DNA of 64,000 nt. Source: an uncultured Nitrospiraceae bacterium. Its GTDB lineage: Bacteria; Nitrospirota; UBA9217. The stretch covers positions 691,723 to 755,722 of the forward strand of contig CAYUSP010000003.1 of assembly GCA_964447405.1 (NCBI GenBank), given 5' to 3'. A program made the translations under genes and the position numbers. Below are positions 18,584-27,952 of the stretch, one piece after another. Position 1 is the first letter of the stretch, and every line of letters begins with the position of its first letter. The notes beneath the pieces were generated by a model. The model saw nothing but the letters and a program-made list of their open reading frames with translations, made no database searches and was not told where the DNA came from.

Positions 18584-19309
18584 ATGATCGCCCTGCTCTG
18601 TTCAGTCAACGCTGAAGCGGATATTCTTCTGCCGCTCATAGATGTTTCCCGATCCTCCGCAATAGGTTCCAAAATGATCGTTGAGGGGACGGTGTCTGAC
18701 CAGCAGGTGCTGCTGTGCGTGGGAGGAATGGGCAAGGTTAATGCGGGACACGCGGCAACGCTGCTGCTCGACCGGTTCGATCCGGAGGTTATCATCAGTT
18801 TCGGGATCGGGGGTGCATACCCCTCGTCAGGCGCACGCATCGGGGATATCGCCCTCGCGCAGGAAGAGATCGCCGGCGATGAAGGGGTACTGACCCTGGA
18901 CGGATTCAAGGATACGGAGTATATCGGTATTCCGCTCCTGAAAACAGCATCTGCAGTCATCTATACAACGTATCCCGCGCCAACAGCCTTGCTGAAGCAG
19001 GCGCTTCACTCATTAGTTTCCCGTCCGCATGAGGGCAATATTCATGTGGGAAAATTCGTCACCTTATCCACCTGCACCGGCACTGCATCCCGGGCCCGGG
19101 AGCTTGAAGAGCGCCATCACGGGCTCTGCGAGAACATGGAGGGAGCGGCCGTGGCCCAGGTTGCGATGCTGCATAACCTGCCGTGGCTTGAGGTGCGGGG
19201 CATATCGAACATGGTCGAGGACCGAGATCCGAAGAAATGGGACATTTCACGCGCCACGGCGGCCGTACAGAACGCGGTCCTTACCATGCTCGCCGGATGG
19301 CGGTTATGA
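18584..19309 (+). CDS. mqnB: Futalosine hydrolase (MTA/SAH-nucleosidase family)
   Basis: 241 aa in the PNP_UDP_1 family, with ...VGGMGKVNAGHAATLLL... and ...ENMEGAAVAQV.... It is adjacent to and translationally coupled with mqnD. Confidence 0.8.
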   Translation: MIALLCSVNAEADILLPLIDVSRSSAIGSKMIVEGTVSDQQVLLCVGGMGKVNAGHAATLLLDRFDPEVIISFGIGGAYPSSGARIGDIALAQEEIAGDEGVLTLDGFKDTEYIGIPLLKTASAVIYTTYPAPTALLKQALHSLVSRPHEGNIHVGKFVTLSTCTGTASRARELEERHHGLCENMEGAAVAQVAMLHNLPWLEVRGISNMVEDRDPKKWDISRATAAVQNAVLTMLAGWRL

Positions 19310-20145
19310 CTGCCGTGCTCACGATAGGCTACTCGCCCTGTCCTAACGATACCTATATTTTCTACGCTCTCACCCACGGCAAAGTAAGGATTCCGAATAT
19401 CGCCTTCCGTGAACAACTTGATGACGTCGAGACGCTGAACCGCATGGCACTCGAGGGTACGCTCGACATCACCAAGATTTCCTACCACGCCCTCGGCCAT
19501 CTGCGCGAGCAATACGCCCTGCTCCGGTCCGGCAGCGCGCTTGGCCGGGGATGCGGCCCGCTCGTGGTTACAAAACCGGGAACAACGCTGGATTTGGTCA
19601 GGAAAGGTTTGATCGCCATTCCCGGCGAACTCACGACAGCCCATCTTCTCCTTCGTCTCTTCGATCCCCAGATCACGAATCTAAAGGTGATGGCCTTCGA
19701 CCGCATCATGGACGCGGTAGCGCACGGGGAAGTTTTGGCCGGGCTTATCATCCACGAGAGTCGATTCACCTATCCATTGTACAAACTCGAAAAACTTATC
19801 GACCTCGGTGAATGGTGGGAGCGGTTCTCCAACCTACCGATCCCCCTGGGCGGCATCCTGGGCAGGCGTGCGCTCGGCAAAGATGTTTTACTTCGGGTGG
19901 AAGCCGGCATCCGGGAAAGCCTGCATTATGCGAATTCACACCCCGATGAGGTGCTGTCCTATTGTAAACAGCACAGCCAGGAGATGGATGAATCCGTGAT
20001 GAAGGACCACATAGACCTGTATGTGAATGACTTCTCACTTGACCTGGGAAAGGATGGCATGGCTGCGGTGCGGAGGCTTTTTGATGAAGCCGAGGCGCGG
20101 GGAATCTTTCCCCGTTCGGACATGCCGTTGCTTGCTGGGGAGTGA
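19306..20145 (+). CDS. mqnD: 1,4-dihydroxy-6-naphthoate synthase
   Basis: 279 aa. MTAVLTIGYSPCPNDTYIFYAL... is the MqnD N-terminal signature. There is an ATGA overlap with mqnB. Confidence 0.8.
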   Translation: MTAVLTIGYSPCPNDTYIFYALTHGKVRIPNIAFREQLDDVETLNRMALEGTLDITKISYHALGHLREQYALLRSGSALGRGCGPLVVTKPGTTLDLVRKGLIAIPGELTTAHLLLRLFDPQITNLKVMAFDRIMDAVAHGEVLAGLIIHESRFTYPLYKLEKLIDLGEWWERFSNLPIPLGGILGRRALGKDVLLRVEAGIRESLHYANSHPDEVLSYCKQHSQEMDESVMKDHIDLYVNDFSLDLGKDGMAAVRRLFDEAEARGIFPRSDMPLLAGE

Positions 20146-20246
20146 ATTTATTATGCAGGGACGCTGATGAGTATGCTATACTTTTTTCACGTTGACAGAC
20201 CGCGGAATTGCGCGATCAAACACTAAGAAGATTCGAGGGAGGCGCT

Positions 20247-20807
20247 ATGGTTGGCTGGATACTGCTTGCTGTGCTTGGCCTGGTCATTATCTGGATCATC
20301 GTGATCTATAATGGGCTCGTATCGTTACGGAACGAGGTGCAGAATGCGTGGAAGCAGATCGATGTGCAGTTGAAACGCAGGCATGATCTGATCCCGAACC
20401 TGGTGGCAGCTGTGAAAGGCGCGCTGGAATTCGAACAGGACACCCTCGAAAAAGTGATTTCAGCCCGGGCAAAGGCCGTTTCCGCGGGATCTGCCGCATC
20501 CAAAGCCGACGCTGAGAACATGCTGACCCAGGCCATCGGAAAGCTCTTTGCCGTGATGGAGAACTACCCCGCGCTCAAAAGCAACGAAAACGTCCTGCGT
20601 CTCCAGGAGGAGTTGACCTCAACCGAGAACAGGATTTCCTTCGCGCGACAGTTGTATAATGACCTCGTTGCTAATTACCGGACCAGGCTCCAGGTCTTCC
20701 CGAACAATATCATTTCGTCAATGTTCAACTTTCAGACCGAGGAATATTTTTCAGCCGAGGAGCAGGCCAAGGCCACACCGGCTGTGAATCTGAGCATAAG
20801 GAAATAG
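20247..20807 (+). CDS. LemA family membrane protein
   Basis: 186 aa with one N-terminal TM helix plus the LemA core (...NAWKQIDVQLKRRHDLIPNLV...MENYPALKSNENV...). It ends with TAG. Confidence 0.8.
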   Translation: MVGWILLAVLGLVIIWIIVIYNGLVSLRNEVQNAWKQIDVQLKRRHDLIPNLVAAVKGALEFEQDTLEKVISARAKAVSAGSAASKADAENMLTQAIGKLFAVMENYPALKSNENVLRLQEELTSTENRISFARQLYNDLVANYRTRLQVFPNNIISSMFNFQTEEYFSAEEQAKATPAVNLSIRK

Positions 20808-20912
20808 AACGGACAGAAGTAAGAAGACAGACTGAACCAATATACCGCACGCTTGTATACCTTGTCTATTGTCTGACTTCTCTCTTCTGTCCTCTGTCTT
20901 CTGTCCTCTGTC
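20808..20912. repeat. Cargo-less CAGAAG/CAGAGG-type inverted-repeat element between LemA and the M48 protease
   Basis: The left arm is ggacagaagtaagaagacagac. The right arm is gtctgacttctctcttctgtcctctgtcttctgtcctctgtcttctgacc, with internal tandem tgtcctctgtcttc repeated twice. It is related to the arms flanking the four-helix-bundle gene at 29.3 kb. Confidence 0.5.
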
Positions 20913-20926
20913 TTCTGACCCTCACC

Positions 20927-22561
20927 ATGCCCCTTACCTTTATTGACATAGAACGGCAGAAGAGCTGGCGCATAGGAATCTTTTTCCTCGTTCTCCTCGC
21001 GTTGTACCTCGTGATAGCGGCTCTCTTTGTAACCGCCTTTTTCCCCATTCCCTGGCATGGCGCGCTGCAGTTCTGGTTGATTGTCGGACTGGCTGCGCTG
21101 TTCATTGCAGGGATTCACTTCTGGTTCTCCGCATATGACACGGTCAGGACGGTAATACAAGGCCTCGAAGGCCAGCCGCCCGATCCTCAGGACGACGTGC
21201 ATACGATGTTCCTGAACATCATACAGGAGATCCAGGTCGTGACCGGGAGCAAACGGAAGATTCAGTGCACCGTGATTCCCTCATTCTCCCTGAATGCGCT
21301 GGCGGTTGCGGATCTCAGGGGCGAGGCTGCGATAGGAATCACGGAAGGTCTGCTGTCGCGCCTTACCCGGCCCCAGCTCGAAGCGGTCATCGCGCATGAA
21401 GCGCACCACATCCTTTCAGGGGATTGCCTGGAAGCCACCGTAGCTGCAAGCCTGTTCGGCACGTATGTATCTGCCATTGAAAAAATGAGCGCGACGTCAC
21501 AGGGCCGGGCCTTTGCGTCGCCCACGCTCCTGCTGGCCTGGCTGCTGATGAAACTGAGCCAGCTCCTGAACATGTTCATTTCTCGCGAGCGCGAGTACCG
21601 GGCCGACGCCGCAGCTGTACGCATGACCAGAAACCCCATCGCGCTCGCAGAGACACTCTATATGCTGTCGCGAAGCTGGCGGGGCGCTGGTTTTATCGGC
21701 AGCGGATACGAAATGCTCTGTATCGTGAATCCCCGATCAGCGTTCATGGACGAAACCGAAGGATTCTGGGCCGACCTGCTGTCCACGCATCCTCCGCTCC
21801 GGAAAAGGATGGACATTCTGCTTTCCATGGCGCATGCGAACATCGCTGAATTGGATGCCCGTTCAGCGGGGGCAGCAGATCACAAGCCGACAAAGGTGGA
21901 ACTTCGATACTATGCCATGAATCCCCAGCAAAAGTGGCAGGGGCCGTTCACGCCGGCAGAACTCGGCGAACTGCTGTGGTTGTCGCCCCTTACCTGGGTC
22001 ACGCAGGGCAAGAATCATCCCGTGGACCGCGCTTCGAAAGAGCCTTCCCTCAACGCCATTTTCATGGCTAAACTTGCCTCGCAGGAGCGGCCTCTTTCGG
22101 ATTTTTCCTGCCCTGCCTGCAGCCAGCAGCTCGTTATAAGTTCTTATGAAGGCACTCAGATCTATCAATGCAGATTTTGTTCCGGCATTCTGGTGGATAT
22201 GATGAAAATACCCCGGATCATCGCTCGAACAAGCCGGGAGCGTCTGTGCTCGGAGAGGATCGTATCTCTTGCCAAGGCAGTCGCTTCGGCAAATCAAATG
22301 AAAGTTACGCTTCAGAAACACGCTGCGGGTGGGCATAAGGCGGTTGCGCTTCTGCCGTGCCCGAAATGCGGCAATCCCATGTTCAGGTGCTTTTACAGCC
22401 AGGCCCACCTGATTGAAATAGACCGCTGCAGTTTCTGCAGCCTCACATGGTTCGAGCAGGACGAGCTCGAAATGCTGCAATGCATGATAGAGCACAGGTT
22501 GATGCCGGATGTCACCGGGCAGGAACAGATTACTCTGCCAACTGCTGAAGCATGGATTTAA
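20927..22561 (+). CDS. M48 family zinc metalloprotease with a C-terminal GYF-like (DUF4339-like) segment and two zinc-ribbon modules
   Basis: 544 aa. There are 2 N-terminal TM helices, then HEAHH (HExxH) and a downstream Glu. ...WQGPFTPAELGELLW... is GYF/DUF4339-like. The Cys pairs are CPACSQ...CRFCSG and CPKCGN...CSFCS. Confidence 0.75.
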   Translation: MPLTFIDIERQKSWRIGIFFLVLLALYLVIAALFVTAFFPIPWHGALQFWLIVGLAALFIAGIHFWFSAYDTVRTVIQGLEGQPPDPQDDVHTMFLNIIQEIQVVTGSKRKIQCTVIPSFSLNALAVADLRGEAAIGITEGLLSRLTRPQLEAVIAHEAHHILSGDCLEATVAASLFGTYVSAIEKMSATSQGRAFASPTLLLAWLLMKLSQLLNMFISREREYRADAAAVRMTRNPIALAETLYMLSRSWRGAGFIGSGYEMLCIVNPRSAFMDETEGFWADLLSTHPPLRKRMDILLSMAHANIAELDARSAGAADHKPTKVELRYYAMNPQQKWQGPFTPAELGELLWLSPLTWVTQGKNHPVDRASKEPSLNAIFMAKLASQERPLSDFSCPACSQQLVISSYEGTQIYQCRFCSGILVDMMKIPRIIARTSRERLCSERIVSLAKAVASANQMKVTLQKHAAGGHKAVALLPCPKCGNPMFRCFYSQAHLIEIDRCSFCSLTWFEQDELEMLQCMIEHRLMPDVTGQEQITLPTAEAWI

Positions 22562-22576
22562 AGGACGCGAACATAC

Positions 22577-23251
22577 ATGATCACGATTAAGTTATTTGCG
22601 AATCTGAAGGACAAGGCAGGAAAGAGCGAGCTGCATATAGCTGCACAACAACTCACCCTATCAGACCTTATTGAGCGGATTGCCCGGGAGCATCCCGCCC
22701 TGTCCGAAATGCTATCCTGCGGCAGGATCATTGTATCTATCAATCAGGAGCTCGCGGGCAGGGATGCACTGATCAAGGATGGCGATGAAGTTGCGCTTAT
22801 GCCGCCGTTCTCGGGAGGTGGTCCGTCAGCGGGCGTAGTCCGAATACAGAAAGAGCCTTTTTCCATAGAAGAGGAAACAACTCGGCTGAAAACCTCATCA
22901 GCGTCCATCGGAGCGATTGTGGCATTCCTCGGGACTACCCGCGATATATCCAGGAATAAAAAGGTATCCCAGCTGGAGTTCGAACACTATCCCGGCATGG
23001 CGGAAAAAATGCTTCTCGAGTTGAGAGAGCGGGCGATCAGGGATTATAGGATACTCGATGCGACGATCATACACCGCACCGGCATCATACCCGCGGGCGA
23101 CGACATCGTCCTCGTCCTCGTCGCGGCCGGGCACCGCGACGAAGCATTTGCAGCATGCCGCTTCTGCATTGATGAACTAAAGAGAACTGCGCCTATCTGG
23201 AAAAAAGAGACCACGCCGGAAGGCGAGGTGTGGGTGGAGGAACATCCATGA
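22577..23251 (+). CDS. Molybdopterin synthase MoaD-MoaE fusion
   Basis: 224 aa. The N-terminal roughly 85 aa is a ThiS/MoaD fold ending in the Gly-Gly-like segment ...MPPFSGGGP. The C-terminus is MoaE (...FLGTTRD...EFEHYPGMAE...). Confidence 0.8.
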   Translation: MITIKLFANLKDKAGKSELHIAAQQLTLSDLIERIAREHPALSEMLSCGRIIVSINQELAGRDALIKDGDEVALMPPFSGGGPSAGVVRIQKEPFSIEEETTRLKTSSASIGAIVAFLGTTRDISRNKKVSQLEFEHYPGMAEKMLLELRERAIRDYRILDATIIHRTGIIPAGDDIVLVLVAAGHRDEAFAACRFCIDELKRTAPIWKKETTPEGEVWVEEHP

Positions 23252-23372
23252 GGCAGAGGTTAGAAGATTGATGACAGGCAAACCCAATAAAGCTCTTTGG
23301 TTCAGACTGCTATCTTTAATCTCTTGTTAGTCTGTCTTCTGACAGTCTGTTCTTATCGTCTTTTGTGCTCAA
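23252..23372. repeat. Probable degenerate member of the CAGAGG/CAGAAG inverted-repeat element family
   Basis: The sequence is gaggcagaggttagaagattgatgacag ... tagtctgtcttctgacagtctgttc, with inner cagactg/cagtctg. It is wedged between the moaDE stop and the MerR-like stop. Confidence 0.35.
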
Positions 23373-23768
23373 TTATTTCTTCGCTACTTTTTTCCCGTCC
23401 CGGAGGAAGACAACGCAGGTTGTGCAGTCCGCGTCCTGCCGGCATCGGGTGGTTTCCCAGCAGGGTTTGCTCTTGTTCGTGAATGCCGTGCAGATTACCC
23501 GACGATCGTCCGGGCAGTCCCGTATCTCCCAGCAAGGTGCGTAATCAAGTAGTTTCTTGATCCCTTCAATGCTGATTTTCTTCGCATGGATCAGTTCACG
23601 GATACATCGCAGCCACTTAATATCATTTTCCGTATAGAGCCGGTTCCTGCGCTCCCGTGTCGGAAGAATGAGGCCGTGCTTTTCATAGAGGCGCAGCGTC
23701 TGTGCCGTCGTCCCGACGAGTTTGGCTGCAATACCCATGGTATAGAGCGGAGCATCCTTGTCTTTCAT
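23373..23768 (-). CDS. MerR-family HTH regulator with a Cys-rich C-terminal domain
   Basis: The N-terminal HTH_MerR is ...YTMGIAAKLVGTTAQTLRLYEKHGLILP.... The C-terminal 45 aa contains 7 Cys (CWEIRDC...C...CWETTRC...C..C). It is co-directional and downstream of ccdA. Confidence 0.6.
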   Translation of the reverse strand: MKDKDAPLYTMGIAAKLVGTTAQTLRLYEKHGLILPTRERRNRLYTENDIKWLRCIRELIHAKKISIEGIKKLLDYAPCWEIRDCPDDRRVICTAFTNKSKPCWETTRCRQDADCTTCVVFLRDGKKVAKK

Positions 23769-23818
23769 TGCATCGAGGCTTTCTGGTGCCATATGTTTTT
23801 TCTGTTCCCTTCGGATTT

Positions 23819-24535
23819 TTACCGTGGAATAAGGATTGTCATTTTATCCAGAATCAGCAGCACGCCCATGATGATCAGGATGATGCCGCTGGTGATCTTG
23901 ACTGCCTTGAAATGTTTTTTTAACACATTGAATGACGAAAGGAAGGCGCTGATGGCGATGGCCGAAAGGATGAATGGTACGCCAAGACCGAGCGAATAAA
24001 ACATGAGCAGTGTCATCCCGCTTCCCAGCGTATCGCTCGTCACGGCAAGAGCAAGGACCGATCCCAGAAAAGGCCCGGTGCATGGCGTCCAACCTGCTCC
24101 GAAGATCATACCGACGACAACCGTACCCAAATAACCTGCGGGCCGCGATTTAAGACTGAGCTTTGCTTCCTGCTGCAAAAATGGGATGTTGACGACATCC
24201 ATCACAAATACACCCATGATAATAACCAGCACTCCTCCCACAATACGAATGACATCGAGGTGCTGCGAAAGTATGCTGCCCGCAAGGCTCGCCGTGGCGC
24301 CGAGGAGCACGAAAATGATCGAGAACCCCGCCACGAATGCCAGTGAATGGAGCAGGGTAATGCTCATGTTCTTCCGGCGCGTCTCCCTGCTGACCAACTC
24401 GTCGTAACTGATCCCGGTTATATAGGAAACGTAGGAGGGGATAAGCGGCAGAATGCAGGGAGAAGCAAAAGAAATAATCCCCATGACGAGTGAGTAAAGC
24501 AGGACATACGGCGTCAAACCATGCGAAAGGTCCAT
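23819..24535 (-). CDS. ccdA: Cytochrome c biogenesis thiol-disulfide transporter CcdA (DsbD-family core)
   Basis: 238 aa with 6 TM segments and a conserved Cys in TM1 (...FASPCILPLIP...) and TM4 (...GAGWTPCTGP...). Confidence 0.85.
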   Translation of the reverse strand: MDLSHGLTPYVLLYSLVMGIISFASPCILPLIPSYVSYITGISYDELVSRETRRKNMSITLLHSLAFVAGFSIIFVLLGATASLAGSILSQHLDVIRIVGGVLVIIMGVFVMDVVNIPFLQQEAKLSLKSRPAGYLGTVVVGMIFGAGWTPCTGPFLGSVLALAVTSDTLGSGMTLLMFYSLGLGVPFILSAIAISAFLSSFNVLKKHFKAVKITSGIILIIMGVLLILDKMTILIPR

Positions 24536-24729
24536 GCAGGATAATCTCCCTTTAAAAACAGCAATGCATAATACCAAAGCAGGTCAAATTTAGTCAAGCA
24601 ATACTTTTGTTATTCTCGGGTTGATGTGTTCTAAAGTTCAGACTATGCCGGGTTTTTCGCTTGATATTTCTCTGTTGCCGGCACACTCGTTCCGCACGCC
24701 ATTCCCACAGACACACGGCATTTTTTTTA

Positions 24730-24758
24730 TTGACAAAGAATGGCAAGTTCACTATTCT
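24730..24758 (+). promoter_or_regulatory. Predicted sigma70 promoter TTGACA-17-TATTCT for fchA-folD
   Basis: The sequence is ttgacaaagaatggcaagttcactattct, about 50 nt upstream of the fchA ATG, which is preceded by an RBS aggagg. Confidence 0.45.
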
Positions 24759-24806
24759 TCAGCTCGAATCAATCGCAGCAATTCTGTGCATAGGAGGATC
24801 AATTCG

Positions 24807-25433
24807 ATGTACATCGATCAACCGATACGACAGTTTATGGACAAACTGGCCAGCAAATCTCCCGAACCTGGAGGCGGCAGCGTAGCAGCGCTTACCGGAT
24901 CGCTCGGTGCGGCACTGGTAAGCATGGTCTCGAATCTCACCCTCGGTAAGGAAAAATACAAGGACGTTCAGCCTCAGATCGAACAGTTGCTCAAGGAATC
25001 GGAAAAACTGCGAACAGAAATGCAGGACCTCATCCAGAAGGACACCGAAGTATATGGCGCTCTTTCCGAAGTTTACAAGATGCCAAAGAATACTGATGCG
25101 GAAAAAGCTGCGCGCACTGCAAAGATGCAGGTGGCGTTGAAAAATGCCTGCCAGGTTCCCTTTGACATCGGGATGAAATCACTGGAAGTGGCGAAACTCG
25201 CCCGTCGCGCTGCCGATATCGGGAATGTTGGCGCGGTCAGCGACGCGGGCGTGGCCGTGCTGCTCGCCCAGGCCTGTGCGCAGAGTGCCGCGCTCAATGT
25301 CAAGATCAACGTGAACAGCATCAAGGATGATGCATACAACCAAGACACCTGGACACGCATGCAGGATGTGCTCGGCCAGGTTGCGGCTCTGGAAAAATCA
25401 GTGATGGAAACGACGTATAAGAAAATGGGCTAA
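24807..25433 (+). CDS. fchA: Methenyltetrahydrofolate cyclohydrolase / cyclodeaminase family (FTCD_C)
   Basis: 208 aa. ...LASKSPEPGGGSVAALTGSLGAALVSMVSNLT... is the cyclodeaminase/cyclohydrolase signature. It is adjacent to folD. Confidence 0.75.
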   Translation: MYIDQPIRQFMDKLASKSPEPGGGSVAALTGSLGAALVSMVSNLTLGKEKYKDVQPQIEQLLKESEKLRTEMQDLIQKDTEVYGALSEVYKMPKNTDAEKAARTAKMQVALKNACQVPFDIGMKSLEVAKLARRAADIGNVGAVSDAGVAVLLAQACAQSAALNVKINVNSIKDDAYNQDTWTRMQDVLGQVAALEKSVMETTYKKMG

Positions 25434-25570
25434 AATATTGGGTCATGTAGCATGGGTCAAGCAGCAAGGATCCAAGAGCGGGCGGTAACGATCTTGTTTG
25501 ATGGTTCTCCCCATGCTACTTGCTACAGTGCTTTTGCTACTTGACCCTCTTCGACGAAGGAGAAGAACAC

Positions 25571-26422
25571 ATGTCAGCTAAACTATTAACCGGCAAAGAA
25601 GTTGCTCAGAAGATGGACCAGGATATCCAGAAGGATGTCCAGGAGCTCAAGACGAAGGGTTGCAATCCAGCGCTCAGGATCATGATCGTGGGCGATGCGG
25701 AAGATTCGATCTTTTACGCGAACAGCGCAAAAAAGATGGCGGAAAAGAACGGCATTGCCTGTGAAATAGAGCAGGTTGCCGGAACTACAAGTCAGGCAGA
25801 CTTTGTCAGCACGCTTAAACAGCGGAACGCGGACAAGAACATTCACGGTATCATCGTCATGCGGCCGTTCCCAAAACAGATCAGCGAAGATGTTGTAAAA
25901 CACATTCTCGCTCCGGAAAAAGATATTGACTGCTTCAATCCAGTGAACGCCGGCAAGATCATGGCCGGCGATATGACCGGCTTCCCGCCGGCAACCCCCC
26001 AGGCAGTCATGGAAATCCTGAAATTCTATCAGATCCCCATGAGCGGCAAGGAAGCGGTGGTCATCGGCCGCTCCATGGTTGTGGGCAAGCCTATGTCCAT
26101 GCTGCTGTTGGGTGAGAACGCGACAGTCACCGTATGCCACTCAAAAACGCAGGACCTTCCTGGCGTTTGCCGCAGAGCAGACATTCTTGTTGCAGCAATC
26201 GGCAAGGCAAAGATGATCACAAAGGACTATATCAAGCAGGGCGCCACGGTCATGGATGTGGGAATTAATCCGGAAGGTGATAAGTTCGTGGGTGATGTGG
26301 ACACCGAACCGGCAAAGGATGTTGCCGGAGCTATAACTCCGGTCCCCGGTGGTGTGGGCACGGTCACGACGCGTGTGCTGCTCAAGCATGTCGTTAAAGC
26401 AGCGAAACTGCAGAACCCATAA
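25571..26422 (+). CDS. folD: Bifunctional methylene-THF dehydrogenase / methenyl-THF cyclohydrolase
   Basis: 283 aa with ...IVGRSMVVGKPMSMLL... and ...TPVPGGVGTVT.... Confidence 0.9.
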   Translation: MSAKLLTGKEVAQKMDQDIQKDVQELKTKGCNPALRIMIVGDAEDSIFYANSAKKMAEKNGIACEIEQVAGTTSQADFVSTLKQRNADKNIHGIIVMRPFPKQISEDVVKHILAPEKDIDCFNPVNAGKIMAGDMTGFPPATPQAVMEILKFYQIPMSGKEAVVIGRSMVVGKPMSMLLLGENATVTVCHSKTQDLPGVCRRADILVAAIGKAKMITKDYIKQGATVMDVGINPEGDKFVGDVDTEPAKDVAGAITPVPGGVGTVTTRVLLKHVVKAAKLQNP

Positions 26423-26576
26423 CGAGAGATCAATGGTTTTGGCAAGAACCAAGGACAAAATAGCAGAGCAAAGCAGAAATTCAGGTTTGAAAGCTGCATA
26501 GTACGTCGAACTTATACCTGTTACCGCCATTCCGGTGAAGAGCGGAATCCGGATTCACCGTTACATCGCATAACAT

Positions 26577-26618
26577 AAAAAACCCCCGGGAGATTGCTCC
26601 CCCGGGGGTTTGTTTTTG
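26577..26618. terminator. Rho-independent, bidirectional-looking terminator between folD and the convergent porin gene
   Basis: The sequence is aaaaaacccccgggagattgctcccccgggggtttgtttttg. A GC stem is flanked by an A-run and a T-run. A second hairpin ccggtgaa...ttcaccgg lies at 26532-26561. Confidence 0.7.
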
Positions 26619-26653
26619 CTTCCGTATCAGCACAATTACTGTGCGAACACGAT

Positions 26654-27952
26654 TTAGAACGCCATGGTAAGCACGCCCTGGATGTTGGTTGAAGCATCCT
26701 TGCCCAGACCTGCGCCCGGGATAAGATGGCCGACAACCCAGTTCCAGGTCACGCCATCAGCAAGCTTCCAGTTCGCCTTGAGGTCGATTTCGTTTCCGAG
26801 CTCGGAAGTATCTGCACCACCAACTTCCTTCTTGTTCGCGACCTTTTCCGTGGCCTGCAGAATCCAGATATCGCCGCCAATGCTCAGGTTCTTTGTAGCT
26901 GCGAACATGGCGCCTGCATTAAGCGCTGTGGTACCGCAGAAGCCCTGGTTCTTCGCGCCGCATGCACCAGCGACCAAGAATTCATAGACCAGCGTGTAGT
27001 GAACATCCTTGTCAAGGAAGGTGACCATTTGATTGAAGTCAGGTGAGGTCGAATTGCGCTTGACGCCGGAACCGCGGGCTACGGTAAAGTTCACCGTGAG
27101 AGCATCCATCGGCACTTTGCCTTCGATTACGATCTGGTTGCCCTTGAGTTTTGCCGAGGTGGTAGCACCCTTTGCTGTGCCAGACTGCATGTCAAGTTCA
27201 GCCTTGAGATCGATCGGGCCGACTTTGCCGCCAAAATGCAAGCCGACGTTCGTGGCTTTCGTGTCATAACCGGCTGTATTGAATCCAAAGCCATTTCGAC
27301 GGTCATTCGCCTGTAAGATGTTGATACCGGCTGTGGCATCACCAAACTTGTTGGTGGCAACGAGCACATAGGCATCAATGTCATCGCTGGCATTGATCGC
27401 TCCCTCGGAGATCTTCACATCCACTACGCCAAGATGGAGTCCGCCGAAATCAGCATAGGCTACTAAGGCATCGGAACCATACTTGTTGGAACGAATGAAC
27501 CAAGCATTGCTGAGCTGAAGGAACATATGACCAGCCTTGAAAAAGACTGGCGTTCCCGGGATCGGGGTCAGGAGCCATGCTTCGCGAAGCTTGATGCGGC
27601 TTGCGGGACCAGTGGTGGCAACGTAATTGCCAGCTGTATTCGTGCCACCGGTCACTACCGTCGTGGTTCCCTGCTCTGCTTCATATCTGCCGAATGTGTC
27701 CCAGTCGTTCTCGATCGTCACTTTAGCCTTGGCATCGCCTGCCTTGGCATTAATGTCAATGCGAACTCTCTCCTGCGTGCTAACGTCTCTTGTGGCGCTC
27801 GTGTCAGCTGTTGCATCACTAAAATCCAGGTTGTTGAAATTCTTGCTTCTCAAAAATACCTGCCCGCCTATGGTAACATCCGCGGCCAGGGCCACCGTAC
27901 TGATCATAACCATCGCCAGTGCCAACAGTACTACGAAATACTTCTTCATCAT
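26654..27952 (-). CDS. Outer-membrane beta-barrel protein (porin-like)
   Basis: 432 aa with signal peptide MMKKYFVVLLALAMVMISTVALA. The body is Gly/Thr/Asn-rich with alternating strands and a C-terminal ...LTMAF ending in Phe. The upstream leader is long and AT-rich. Confidence 0.7.
   Translation of the reverse strand: MMKKYFVVLLALAMVMISTVALAADVTIGGQVFLRSKNFNNLDFSDATADTSATRDVSTQERVRIDINAKAGDAKAKVTIENDWDTFGRYEAEQGTTTVVTGGTNTAGNYVATTGPASRIKLREAWLLTPIPGTPVFFKAGHMFLQLSNAWFIRSNKYGSDALVAYADFGGLHLGVVDVKISEGAINASDDIDAYVLVATNKFGDATAGINILQANDRRNGFGFNTAGYDTKATNVGLHFGGKVGPIDLKAELDMQSGTAKGATTSAKLKGNQIVIEGKVPMDALTVNFTVARGSGVKRNSTSPDFNQMVTFLDKDVHYTLVYEFLVAGACGAKNQGFCGTTALNAGAMFAATKNLSIGGDIWILQATEKVANKKEVGGADTSELGNEIDLKANWKLADGVTWNWVVGHLIPGAGLGKDASTNIQGVLTMAF

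Noticed and set aside
19117-19644. 175-aa minus-strand ORF overlapping mqnB and mqnD.
   Set aside because: It is antisense to two translationally coupled, well-supported futalosine-pathway genes and has no family resemblance.
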